DNA of 52,160 nucleotides from Chiloscyllium plagiosum (Eukaryota): NCBI RefSeq assembly GCF_004010195.1, contig NC_057717.1, positions 32,763,469 to 32,815,628 of the forward strand, read 5' to 3'. Shown piece by piece: positions 1 to 12,308 of this stretch (position 1 is its first letter; each line of letters starts with the position of its first letter). The notes under the pieces were generated by a model. It saw only the letters and a program-made list of their open reading frames with translations, ran no database searches and was not told where the DNA came from. The position numbers and the translations under genes were made by a program.

Positions 1-1100
1 GCTCTGTCTGAACCTTGTTTCCTCAACCTTATGTAAGCCTCCTTCTTCCTCTTTACAGGACATTCAACCTCCCTCGTCAACCAAGGTTCCCTCACACGAC
101 CATCTCTTTCCTGCCTGACAGGTACATACATATCAAGGACACGTCGTATCTGTTCCTTGAAAATTTTCCACATTTCAATGACATCCTTCCCTGACAGCCA
201 ATGTTCCCAACTTGTGCTCCTCAGATCTTGTCTTGCAGCATCGTATTTGCCCTTCCCCCAATTGTAAAACCTACCCTGTTGCACGCACCTATCTCTCTCC
301 ATAACCAAGGTGAAAGTCACAGAATTATGGTCACCATGACCAAAATGCTCATCCACTAACAAGCCCATCACTTGTCCCGGTTCGTTACCAAGTACCAAAT
401 CCAATATGGCCTCCCCTATGTTCAGACAATCTACATACTGAGTTTGAAAAGCTTTCTGGACACACTGCACAAACACCGCCCCGTCCAATCTACTTGATTT
501 AAAGAGCTTCCAATCAATATATGGGAAGTTAAACTCGTCCATGACTACTACCCTGTGGCTTCTGCACTTTTCCAAAATCTGTTTCTCCACATCTCTGCTG
601 CTATTTGGGGGCCTATATAAAACACCCAAAAGGTGACTGTTCCTTTTCTATTTCTGACTTCAGCCCATACTACCTCCAAAGGCAGATCCCTCTCGAACTG
701 CCTTTCTCCAGCCGTTTTCCCATTTCTAATTAGCAACGCCACACACCCGTTCTTTTTTACCACCCTCCCTAATCTTAAAAAAACACCTGTAATCAGGGAC
801 CTCCTCAATCATTTCTGTCCCTCTCCTTTAAACGTTTCATTGATGGCCACAACATCGTAGTCCCAAGTACCGATCCACGACTTAAGTTCACCCACCTTAT
901 TTGTGATACTTCTTGCGTTGAAGTCTCCACACTTGAACTCATCTCTGCCTCTGCAAGTATTCCCTTTCAGTGCTACTTTCTCCGCAGCCTCTCAACATTC
1001 TTGGACATCCTGAAAAACAGCTAACCTACTTGCTGGATTACAAGTCTGGATCCCATCCCCCTGCTAAATTAGTTTAAACTCCCGCCCCCGAAGAGTGCTA
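1..1100 (-). mobile_element. CR1-type LINE (5' part: end of ORF1 and APE endonuclease of ORF2), inserted in Cmu2 of copy 1
   Basis: Near-identical to 20415-21527 and 39820-40847. Minus-strand translation gives GCVALLIRNG...LEVVWAEVRNRKG. It ends exactly at the 3' half of Cmu2. Confidence 0.92.
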
Positions 1101-1357
1101 ACAAGTAGCAGGTTTGCAACCATCGTCTGTTCAATCATTGATTTCCATCTGAAGCAAATCTCCATGAGTTGGTTTAAAAAATGGCCAATCCGTGGATTCT
1201 GGTATCTTCACATCTCCCGTGTGTGAGGTGAATGGGAATTTCTCGGTAATGAATCGGCTGACCGGCTGTTATGGTGAATGGTTCAACAGCGCAGTGTTTA
1301 ACTGCCAGATCACTCATGGAGAGAACACTCAAAGTCAAAACATCACCACACCCCAGG
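1101..1357 (+). pseudogene. IGHM: IgM Cmu2 exon, 3' portion (copy 1), frameshifted
   Basis: Reads [83 protein letters not shown], then G|GTAAG donor. There is one extra base in tggtttaaaaaatgg. Confidence 0.9.
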
Positions 1358-1739
1358 GTAAGACATGCAAACGAGAGCACTAGAAAATATTCTGAACTCC
1401 GATGTCAACTAGATACACACATTTATCAAACTTAGTCAACAGCACTAAAGTGTGCAGCATCCCATTCACAAACGTGTCATGCATTTTAGTTTGAGTGTGA
1501 CATTAGCATTGCTCATAATTCAACATTATGTCCAATCAGAAGAGCATGTTTTCCTCTCTATTGAAGACAGTCTTTTTTTAAAAGTAGTTTGTTGGCTGAC
1601 CACACTTGGAGAGGCAGTTAGAGTTCCGAATCCACGCCTGGTGACTTCATTAAGGATAAAGGGTTTAGCGGGTGGGGGAGGGGTGCGTGTCTTGTGTGGC
1701 CCGGGGGATTAGTGTCACAGAGGTTTTTTTTGAAACTTA

Positions 1740-2075
1740 AAACATACAGAGAGGCCGAGTTTGGGTGAACGTGGAGTAAATGTTTCGACAAGTAGGCGAG
1801 AGTAGGACACGAGGGCATAGCCTCGGAGTCAAAGGGGACACCATTTGTAACTGAGGTGGGGAAGAATTTCTTCAGCCAGAGGGTGGTGGAATTCATTACC
1901 ACAGACGGTTATGGAGGCCAAGTCAGTGACTGTATTTATGATGGCGATTGATCGGTTAGTACAAGAAGAAGGCTGGAGAATGTGGTAGAGCAACATATCA
2001 CACATGATCGAATTGCAGGGCAGACTCGATTGGTCGAATTGCCTCATTCTGTTCCTATATCTTACTTTCTTGTGG
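1740..2075 (+). mobile_element. Degenerate CR1 3'-end fragment in the Cmu2-Cmu3 intron (also ~22160-22390, ~22700-23035, ~41490-41825)
   Basis: Carries the CR1 3' signature ...actgaggtggggaagaatttcttcagccagagggtggtg... and a 3'UTR-like gggcagactcgattggtcgaattgcctcattctg. Confidence 0.7.
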
Positions 2076-3189
2076 TCTCAAAATTACAAGGTAAAATATG
2101 CAGTTACCCTTTTTGCAAAATAAATCAAAATGTGTTCAATGCTTCATTTCCTGTTCAGGAATGACCTGTTGGACTTGGGCATTGTACATCATAGATTTTA
2201 ACTGGTACTGAGCTCTTTAACTTCATTCATGGGAGCAGGCCGAAGAGCAAGTTGGTATCACATTTAATCAATCCGGATAAACAGGATTTAATTGAAACTC
2301 TTTAAGGTACTCTCTGCAATTCGTGGATGTGGCAGGAGAAAACATTTTAGTGGGAAGGCGACAGAATCGATGAACGAACGAGGAATTAGAGTCAGGCGTA
2401 TTCAACCTGGTGTCCGGATGGAGATGTTCACACAGTGATCAGTGGAAGTCTGAATAATGCTCACGCAAATTTCCATTAATTTGTAGAATAATGTTAGATA
2501 CTCGTATTTGTTTTGATTTTATTCTACTAAGAAATTCACTGTTTTGTTTTTCGACCTACTACAAATTTGACAGGCGGAATAATATCTCATGGTATGCTTT
2601 TGAGAATGATCTCACACCAATAATACAAATTATTTACAATAACGTTAAACACATTGAACAGAATTTCTGTGACTGATAACTGCCCTGTAACACCTTTAAA
2701 CGCCTGAAAACGCATGAGAACAAAGAAAATAATTATGATTGATTACAGTTTGTTAAAAATTGGGGATGTAATTTGGCATTCAGAATGCCCAGCAGCATTT
2801 GCAAGTAAGTTTCATGAACATAGAAATGAAGTTGTTATATTCAGATTAAGCTTGTCAAAAGTATCAAAGGATGGTCCTAAGTGAGAGAAGAGCTCTGAAA
2901 GGAAGGTAATTCCATGTGTTATGTCATGGTATCTTTGATTTTACTTTTTCACAGGTTTCACTAGTTACAAAGCCAGTATTCTTTATGAATGATTACATGG
3001 GTCATGTTATAGATAATAACAAATGTTTTCACAAATCAAAATATATCAGGAAGAGGAACCATCATTTCAGCAACATTTGGAAGATGCCATGTCAAAGGTG
3101 GTTTCTTCACTTCATGAGTGAATAGCCTGAAGACTCGGTGTTTTGATCCTAAAGAGGCATTTTTCATTGATTTGATTTCTGTTTCATAG

Positions 3190-3296
3190 GAGTTACTGAT
3201 TGCCACGATTACACAGTTGAACTCCTACCACCGCCATTAGAACACATCTCACTGGAGGCGACGGTGACATTAACCTGTGTTGTGTCCAATCTTTCT
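3190..3296 (+). pseudogene. IGHM: IgM Cmu3 exon, 5' part (copy 1), truncated by an assembly gap
   Basis: tttcatag| acceptor, then phase-1 frame [35 protein letters not shown], matching the shark Cmu3 motif LLPP..E...[13 protein letters not shown]. Confidence 0.9.
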
Positions 3297-4454
3297 NNNN
3301 NNNNNNNNNNNNNNNNNNNNNNNNNNNNNNNNNNNNNNNNNNNNNNNNNNNNNNNNNNNNNNNNNNNNNNNNNNNNNNNNNNNNNNNNNNNNNNNNNNNN
3401 NNNNNNNNNNNNNNNNNNNNNNNNNNNNNNNNNNNNNNNNNNNNNNNNNNNNNNNNNNNNNNNNNNNNNNNNNNNNNNNNNNNNNNNNNNNNNNNNNNNN
3501 NNNNNNNNNNNNNNNNNNNNNNNNNNNNNNNNNNNNNNNNNNNNNNNNNNNNNNNNNNNNNNNNNNNNNNNNNNNNNNNNNNNNNNNNNNNNNNNNNNNN
3601 NNNNNNNNNNNNNNNNNNNNNNNNNNNNNNNNNNNNNNNNNNNNNNNNNNNNNNNNNNNNNNNNNNNNNNNNNNNNNNNNNNNNNNNNNNNNNNNNNNNN
3701 NNNNNNNNNNNNNNNNNNNNNNNNNNNNNNNNNNNNNNNNNNNNNNNNNNNNNNNNNNNNNNNNNNNNNNNNNNNNNNNNNNNNNNNNNNNNNNNNAGCA
3801 GATTCGAGTGCTGAATAAAACAGAGGAACGTATGATTGAGGAACAGGAGTAGGTAACTTGACGATTCGATGACGTTCTTCCAAAGATTTAGACCATGGCT
3901 GATCTATTTGTGATCTCAGCCGTACATTTCTGTCTATCCATGTCATCCATCATTCGCTCATCTGTCAAACATTTAACCGAGCTTCAAACTAAATTACAGC
4001 CACAGAATGCGTGAAGTTGTTTGACACACTATTCTACATTCTGGTGATCATTACTAAGTCTTCAAAACTGCCTGGCTGATTTTTGGATTGATTACACTTT
4101 CCTCTTCGATGCCCATCCACAGGTCACAGAAAATCTTTAATGTAACCAGTTCTGTGACATGGCCACAAACTAAAACGGAAGCTGTTACAAAAAGAGAACC
4201 CTAGCCTGATCTGTGGAGAGAAAGCAGATTTAAACTCTGAGGTTCAGAGCCTCATGTTCAGAAGAGCATCGTGTTATGGTCAATTATTTAACTGTGTCTG
4301 GTTCAGCGTAAAGAACAAACCAACCAGGGTTCTTTAGTCAACAGTAAATAAAGTTTCTTTTTTCAAATATCACTTTCTGCAACAACGGTGCAAAGACATC
4401 TGACGAACATTATAGAATATGAAATGATGCTGAATTATGTACAATTCGATAAAA

Positions 4455-4830
4455 TGGTGACACATGTGTACACAGTGACACGACACAGAGAGACACGCTG
4501 ACACAGACACTGACTCACACGCATATATTTGAATGCATACTAAACACAGACACACACGCAAAAAGACACACTGCCATAGAGACACGTCTGTGCATACAGA
4601 CACGCATAAACCCGTTAAAACATTTAGACGGACAGATTAAAAAATCCGGACGCAGTGAAACACACACAGGCACCCTGTAACGGACACACACACAGGTACA
4701 CAACACAAAAACACACAGGTACACAACACAAACAAAACACACACACAAACAAACACACACTCATTCTCGCAAGCATATATATACACACGCACGTGTCAAC
4801 ACAAGCACAAAAATACAACTTCCACACAGT
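4455..4830. repeat. Degenerate (CA)n-rich low-complexity tract
   Basis: Dense acac/cacac runs. These generate spurious Cys/Val-rich antisense ORFs. Confidence 0.85.
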
Positions 4831-5779
4831 GATGACTTGGAAACACTTTGTCGAAGGAACAGACTAAGTACTAACAAAACGAAAACTGACTGATTGTGAC
4901 GAATGCCATTACAAAGTTATTCATACCATGAATCGTCTGCCTTTGGAGATTCATTCTCGTACATCTACATTTGGTTCACTTTCCCTTTGTGATATACAGT
5001 GGGGAGATGCCAATGTAACATCTATAGGACTCATGAAGGGCGAAAAGATTTTCACCAAGTAGAGAGAAAAATGAATCAATTTCAACAATGCTGTATTCTG
5101 AACAAAGAAGCTACGTATTGTATTCCTTAAGATCATGCGCCATCTATGAATCTACAATCGGATATTCCTCATTCATTGATCCATGAACTTTGTAAAACGT
5201 TGGTAAATCATTATTAGAGAAAATGCTTTCTGTTGCACGGTATTGAAAGCTGAGCAATTCCTCTGTCAAACCATTTGGCGTGCTCTCAAACCCTTTTATG
5301 TGAGCCATTGAATTTTAAAAAAACTTTGTGGAGTACTTCAGCCACTTGTTTTTGATCGCAGCTTAGGATGCGCATTCGTATTGTCAAATTATTTTATTTC
5401 ACTTGCAGCATTAAGTGCGTTTTGATTTCGTCTGATGTTTCAGGTATGGTATCCTTCGGAACAGCTCATCAATTAATCGCGCACAATTAGGCATTAGCTA
5501 TCCAGATTGCCACCGTCAGTGACTTTATCATCGTTGCGTTCCAGTTGCAACATTTTAATGTGCTGAAACTGCAGGGAAATTAAAACTTTGAAAATGCCTT
5601 TCAAATAAAATTCAGTTACTGATAAATGCATGAGCATCATCCAACTTTCCTAAAACGTTCCACTAATGACTAAATAGTGGTTCTGAACTCTGTAATAATT
5701 GATTGCTTCTCCAGGAAGATTAGGACGCAAATCAACTCTTGCCAACCAATCTGCCTCAGTCCTCTGAAGTTCACATTTT

Positions 5780-6640
5780 CCCAGCACTGAACTTCGGAGA
5801 GAGGAACATTTGGACAGCACGAGCCTTATCATCGTCTTTGACTCTGCCTTCGGGATGCAATGATAAATTCTCCCTGAATGTTGGCAAAACAAAACAACTG
5901 ACCGCTGATATCAGGAAGAAAGGAAAAAACTTGCCCCCATCTGCATCAATGGAACTGACATTGTGAGGGTGGAGCGCATCAACTTCCTCAGAGTGATGAA
6001 AACCAACAACCTGTCTTGGGCTTCCCGTACATATGCAATGGTCAAGAAGTCACAACAACGCCTCTTCTTCTTCAGATGGTTTCGGAAATTTGGCATTTCT
6101 ATAAAGACCTTCATCAATATTATAGATTCTTAATGGAAAACATACTGTTCGGGTGCAGATCGTCCGGGTGTGACAATTGCTCTGCACAGCATCATAAGAA
6201 CATACAGAAGGTTGTGTGTCCAGCCCAGACCTTTACAGAAGCCACCCTCGCATGAATGAACAATATTTACACTTCTTGTTGCGACGGAGAGGCTGACAAC
6301 ATCAACACTGACCCCCCCCCACACACACACTGGTAATGCTCTCCTAATAACCTGTTCCGATCGGCAGAACATACATAAGATTGAAACAAATGCACGTACA
6401 AGTTCAAGAGCAGCTTCTTCCCTGCCACCACGAGACTGAAGAAAGGATCCTTTAACGTCATATTATATTGATCGTTTTCATATTGATCTTGCTTCGTGCA
6501 CTGCCTGTGCAGTATCACCTCTGTGTTTCACTCCGCCGATGCACCCGATGATATGTCTGTCCTTATTTGCTGTGATCTGCCTGTACTGCTCACAAACAAG
6601 ACTTTTCACAGTGATGAAGTACACATGAATACAAGATTTT
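5780..6640 (+). mobile_element. Degenerate Rex1/Babar-like LINE, RT C-terminus and 3' end
   Basis: Fragments read LNVGKTKQLTADIRK, VERINFLRV, VKKSQQRLFFFRWFRKFGISIKTF and MENILFGC, typical of the Rex/Babar RT tail. Several frameshifts. Confidence 0.75.
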
Positions 6641-6994
6641 AAATCAAATAAATCAAATTAACCATTACATAGTCACACCTGAGGAACAAAGGGATGTTCT
6701 CACTGGTGTTTTCACCTTCAAATATCGCTAAATTACCATTATATGAACAGGAAAGCAATTTATATTTTTGTTACCTCATTTGTTTTGTTTGTGAGACCCT
6801 ATTGTTTATAGTTGAATCAATAGTTTCTCTGTCATGAACATGATTGCACATCAAAAGAAATATGTCAGTGCACATAAATTCCACGTGAATTTTATTTCAT
6901 GTCAATGTTTTTTATCGAATATGACGTTTCGAATAAAGCTGCAACAAAGTTCCCTGAAAGCTCTCACTGGGCACATACTTTTCAATTTCATTCT

Positions 6995-7893
6995 CTAACA
7001 GGCTTTGGACTCAGTACTTGTAAAATCCTGTGCTAAGTATAACAAAAAATCTTCCCTTCCCTCCATGTTTGCTAAGTCTGCAATCTCAGTCTCTGAGTCC
7101 GAGTTCAAGAATTTGCTTAATTGGAAATAAAACGGCCCAGAAACAGTATCGTAAATATTTCTCGCAATGTCACCCGCTTGAAATACAATGTACGTTCTTT
7201 TCTGTTCTTTATTCGCAGTCGTCTTCTTATTCATTCCATATCAGTGAACGCTCTAGTTTTGACTTCTTACAGTTGTCAGCCAATACTATGCCTTCTCGAG
7301 ATGTGTTCTATTCTGTTTGTGTTGCAGAAGGATACACACCCAGTGGTGCAGTTTTTATCCCCTTCAGACAGGCATTATTTCAACAGTTTTGAGTTCTCAA
7401 TGGGTGATTTTAATGTAAGACAGAAGAATCATGATGTGAAGTCAGGTTCAGATAGATCCAAAGAGACTTTGCATTTGCTTTCAGTGAGTTGGTGATTTTA
7501 CCAGCTTTTGGAGTTGAATCTTCGAGTTCGACAGGGAGACTTCCTCTTAAACTTCATAAGTGGAAGCTTATTTCTTGTTACTTGCCTCTACCAAGGATAT
7601 GTTTATTGAATGCTGCGTATATTGCAAGACCTGATGATTTGTGATAAAATGGTAAATTTTCTTGTCATGAAATTTAATATCAAGCAGAAAGAGGCACTTG
7701 AGCTCTTCAAATTTGCACCGACATAGTTTGCCATTCCGTACTACAGCTGCGTTGACTTTCCTCTTTCCCTTCTTCTTCATGAATTCGTCTACGTCATGTT
7801 TAATGAAAGCTGCTATTATGTTCCTCCACTGCTCTACCGCTTTCTCTTTGGCATCCTGTTCCAAACATCCACCACTTGTTGTGTTTTGAGTAC
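6995..7893 (-). pseudogene. Unidentified degenerate coding remnant
   Basis: Two non-repeat-like ORFs (7864-7568 and 7234-6995) lie on the same strand. They are preceded by a ttttaag| acceptor at 7894 and a strong cag|gtgagt donor at 7957. Stops and frameshifts lie between the ORFs. Confidence 0.3.
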
Positions 7894-9044
7894 CTTAAAA
7901 CTCACGGCATTATGGTCACTTCTCCAGAAATTCTGCCCTGAATGAAATTTGACTCACCTGGTGGTGCTATTTTGCCATATGCATGTCCAGCATAACAGCG
8001 TCCATGGTTGGAAAGTATACATCTTTTGTCAAGAAACCCTCCTGAACTGACGTTACACATTCTGCACTACAAGGCCCATGAACGAAGTGAGAACCAACCA
8101 GTGCAGGGGAAGTTAAAATCATTCCGCACAACAACCCACATAATCCTTAATAGTGTAAAATGGAACATAAATTCGTACATCAGTTGTATTTTAAAGAAAC
8201 GATATTTAGTATCTCGAATATCTCCAAACCATTTGTTTGAAGTTTGAGTTTAATCCAAAGTAATGTAAACGGGAAATTAAGTTTTACTTGTAACTAAGTC
8301 TTTCTGATATATCACTTGACCTGAGCAGACTGACGGGAAGCGTTCATTTTCAAATTATTTGTCTCCTATTTTAAGTTTGTTAACAACCATAAGGCGAACT
8401 ATTGCTTGAATAGCTCACTCACTCCGTTGTTGGTCCGAAGCTCTTTGTAGTTTTTGAAAATGAATTGTATGAGAATTTTTAGTGATTAGTTAGTAAATTT
8501 ACCGATGACACAAAGGTTTTAGGTTGGATAGTGTCGAAGGCTTTCGCAAACTGCAGCTCGACATAGACAGGATGCAAAGTTGGGCTGTGAAATGGCTTAT
8601 GGAATTCAACCTGGATAAATGCGAACTGATGCATTTTCGAAAGTCGAACTTGAATTCTGAATGCAGAATTAAAGGCAGGATTCTTGCCAGTGTGGAGGAA
8701 CAAAGAAATCTTGCTGTTCAAGTGCATAGATCTCTTAAAGTTGCCACCCGTATTGATCACATTGTTAAAAAAGCATATATTGTGCCTGTTATGAATGGGG
8801 GATCGATTTTAAGGTTTGCAACAGCTCGACAAGAGCCTCGTGAGACTACACTTGTGACCAGTTCTGGTCGGTCTATTATGGGAAAGATATGGAGGCTTTC
8901 GAGAAGGTGCAAAGAAGGTCTACCAGGATACTACCTGAACTGGAGGGCTTGTCTTACGAAGAGACATTGACTGAGCTCGGCGTTTTCTCTCTGGAGAGAA
9001 GAAGGAAGGGAGGGGACATGATCGACGTATACAAGTTAATAAGA

Positions 9045-9249
9045 TTAAAAATCACACAACACCAGGTTATAGTCCAGCAGTCCTATTTAGAAGCACAAGC
9101 TTTCGGAGCGCTGCTCCTTCATCAGGTGATTGTGGAGAAGGATCAGCGCTCAGAAAACTGGTGCTTCTAACTGAACATGCTGGGCCATAACCAGATGTTG
9201 AGTGATTTTTAACTATGTACACTCCAGTGCAATACTGGCGTCTCCAAAT
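9045..9249. mobile_element. Penelope-like element terminal remnants in inverted orientation (about 80-bp arms)
   Basis: 9045-9125 is an imperfect reverse complement of ~9136-9212 and contains a hammerhead core. Confidence 0.75.
9094..9128 (-). ncRNA. Minimal type I hammerhead ribozyme motif
   Basis: Minus strand reads CAC CUGAUGA A GGAGC AGC GCUCC GAAA GC UU GUG. This gives the catalytic core, a 5-bp stem II, a CAC/GUG stem I and a palindromic AAGCUU stem III. Confidence 0.75.
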
Positions 9250-11445
9250 AAAGGTAATGAAAGCCATGAATTGAGTCAATAGCCAGATACTTATACCACC
9301 CTCCCCTCCCCCGCAGGATTGACTGGCAGGAGGATATCAGGAGGAAGGTATAGAAGAAATGTCAGAGATCGGTTCTTTACACAGAGTTGAGAATGCATGG
9401 AATGCTTTGCCAGCGCTTTTGGTGGGGGCAGAGTCATTAGGGGCATTTAAGCGACTGCATTGCATGCTCATTTACGGCGGTGAATTGAGAGGTACGCAGG
9501 TTAGGTTATTTTATTTTAGATTTGGAATAATCCTCAACATAACATCGTGGGCCGAAGGGCCTGTTGTGTGCCATACATTGCTATGTTTAATTGTTAGTCG
9601 CATGGAAAGAATGGATTTACAAAATGTAATTTTGTTTAATGGACTTATTAAAGATTTTGCAATTGGTAAACGAAGGACTAAATGAGTGCAACAGTGTTCA
9701 TTTGTTATTCCAAAAAATTTAATGGCTTTGCATAAGTCTTTTTCACACATTTGCTAACGAATGTGCTGTGAATTTGACGCTACTTGAATAAAAAAAAACT
9801 CTTTGAGAAGTCTTTCGCATGCTCTCAGTAGCAATGTTTCTTACTCAGTCGAAGCACTGATTTGGTGGGATTCTACATTGCACCCTTGAGCGGCTTTCTA
9901 AACCTGTCCTGAATTGATCCATATATTAAGTTGTTTATGCAGCAACTTAAATTGCACAGCATGAATCCAACCGTTTGCAATATGAATTCGAAAGTTTTGT
10001 AATCTCTTGTATTTGCTCCTCTAATGTTATAGAATAAGTAATATATATATATCACACACCTTCGACAAAAGAATGAAGCTGCCAGCTCTGATGAAGAGTA
10101 AAATCTCAGACGTCCTCCTGCTCTCCATTTCTGCATCATTATAATTATCTTTAATGCTCTGACATCTTAGTCTCTTCCAGATGTGACTACTCACAAACAT
10201 GTGTCGAAAGGTCAGATTTTCAGTAAAACAATATTAAAACGAATGGGAGGAAATAATAAGATAACACCAAGCCAAGATCAGTATAACAGAACCATGACAC
10301 ATACTATATATGACCTCACCAGCTTCCAGTGTAAAGCAATGAGGCATGTTTTTTCAAACAGAGGTGAACACCAGTCGTTGCTTGAACCACGGCTGCTGTT
10401 CTCTCAGAGAAATATGTTCCACTCAGATACAGATAACTAATGGCTCCAAACCAATCAATTGTTTAATTAACGGTGTACCAGATTGAACATCCTGTTGTTG
10501 CACAATGCAGGGCATGGGTAACTCTACACACAGCTGTAATGAGAAAGAAACATGATGGGATATAATAAGTGATCCGCCACAGTATGTCTTCTGTGATAAC
10601 AAGTAGTAGAAGTGCAATTGCCATAGCCAGTAACTAACGAGTGATACAAATCAAAAAGCCACATTTTCCATGTGACAGGATCAATATTGCCACTAAATCT
10701 ATGGTCATTGAAACAGAACAACAAAAGAAGGGTATGTTAAATCATTCCACCTGACAATAGTTCAACATTCTTATTTTACTATGGTTGATCAGTATGTACA
10801 CATTGAAAAATCTCCTAAAACAATCTCAGGAATTACAAATTAATGAAATGAAATAAAACATATTTCAAATGGTGATTTTGTTGTATGAAAGCCCCAAATG
10901 TGTAAAGTTGACTGATCTGTCAAAGATGTCCGAGTCTGCCAGCAATGATTAAAAGTTGTTAACCTGAGGATAGAATGGTCAAACTAGACAGAGACGGTGC
11001 ACTGACATGAATGGGATTGTGAATGGGCAATTACATAACAACTCCGAGTTCATGAAGAATTAAGTCACTCATATTCTGGAACATTCTAGATAGATCGTGG
11101 TATTAATTGAGTTTTAGGAGAATGTAGAACGAAAAATCTAATTTCGCTATGTGGTGATTGATCATTATAACGAGACGACACAAGTGATACAATAATTGTA
11201 GTTTATTCTGAATTAATTTACCGTGATGGGTTATATCGAAACAACTCGAAAGAGGAGATCAGTTGTTGAATGGACTGAGAGTTGAGAAAAAGCATACCAT
11301 AGTGAAATGTGTATCAAGTGCATGCGAATGTTGGGGAATTCTGTTCTGCAAGGAATGGTGACGAGTACCTTGTCATTTGCAATTTTCGTAAACAGTGAAT
11401 TCGAAAAGCAGAAGCACATTTCACAACATAGACATTTCACCTGAA

Positions 11446-11570
11446 GGAGAAAGTGAGGACTGCAGATGCTGGAGATCAGAGCTGAAAATGTGTTGCTGGA
11501 AAAGCGCAGCAGGTGAGGCAGCATCCAAGGAGCAGGAGAACCAACGTTTCGGACATGAGCCCTTCTTCAG
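11446..11570 (-). mobile_element. Short Penelope-type terminal repeat with a hammerhead-like core (paralogue at 32320-32446)
   Basis: Sequence ggagaaagtgaggactgcagatgctgg...gtttcggacatgagcccttcttcag. Minus strand reads CUGAAGA-AGGGC-UCAU-GUCC-GAAA-CGUU. Confidence 0.7.
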
Positions 11571-11689
11571 AAAAAATGACTCATTGCATTATGGGAAGAC
11601 AAATCTGGTCACAACTGAAAGTGAATGATAGTGCAATGATTCATGTCAGCGAACATAGTCGCCTGGTGATTCAGATAAAAAATATTCTT

Positions 11690-12060
11690 AGACTGTCAAT
11701 GATAGGTCAATGGGTGGCTTTGTCGAACACGGGGACCTGATGGGTGAGATACATAGATTCTTGAAAGAAGAAGGTGTTTGTAAAGTTTGTCTTAATTGCG
11801 CAGAACATTGAGCTCTGGGTTGAGACTTTGTGTTGCAGCAGTAGCTGACATTGGAATGAACTGCCAGAGGAAGTGGTAAATGCAGATACAGTTACAATAT
11901 TTCTAAGACATTTGGACAGGTGCAGGAACTGAATAGATCTCGATAGATATGGGCCAAACGCAGGCGAATGGAATTCGTTTAATTTGGGAACCCTGGTTGG
12001 TATAGATAAGCGATGCTGAAGGATCTGTTTGTGTTGTACGACTATCTGACGCTCTGACTT
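11690..12060 (+). mobile_element. Degenerate CR1 fragments (paralogue ~32570-32930)
   Basis: ggaatgaactgccagaggaagtggtaaatgcag...agacatttggacagg...tatgggccaaacgcagg, a CR1 3' end. Confidence 0.7.
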
Positions 12061-12308
12061 TATGGTGCAGTAGGCTCAAAGTAGGAAGCTGGTGAGTTAG
12101 TGGGGGATAGATTGTTAATGTGATATAGTTTGAGCTGGTAGGCGGTGAGATGTTGGATGGCTGCTGGGTAAGCATGCATGCACCGAGTCTGGCAGTGTGG
12201 CATCAAGGGAATTTATAATGGTCACAAGAAAATAATTTGATCGCTTTGTGCTTGGTAGGAGAGAGGTACTATGAGCAGAAAAGCAGGAAGTCTATCTGGT
12301 GCCAAGAT

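Larger units (their letters stand above)
8480..9560 (+). mobile_element. Degenerate CR1 LINE 3' portion, interrupted by a Penelope-type inverted repeat
   Basis: Reads SKFTDDTK, LQLDIDRMQSWAVKWLMEFNLDKCELMHF and FEKVQRRSTRILPELEGLSYEE.L..LGVFSLERRR. The 3'UTR shows acatcgtgggccgaagggcctgttg. Confidence 0.88.

Noticed and set aside
3209-3946. Long ORFs spanning N runs (also ~16.5-17.4, 29.6-30.4, 33.9-34.7, 36.6-37.7, 47.8-48.9 and 49.4-50.1 kb)
   Set aside because: These are artefacts of assembly gaps translated as X.
4471-4831. CACAGTG heptamers (also ~2432, ~6607, ~13290) as possible RSS
   Set aside because: I found no ACAAAAACC-like nonamer at 12 or 23 bp spacing and no adjacent V, D or J coding segment.
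4370-4867. Cys/Val- and His/Thr-rich ORFs (also 26966-27421 and 46082-46506)
   Set aside because: They are translations of CA/TG low-complexity tracts.
5000-5030. tgg gga gat gcc aat gta aca (WGDANVT), faintly J-like
   Set aside because: It lacks WGxGT, an upstream RSS and a downstream splice donor.
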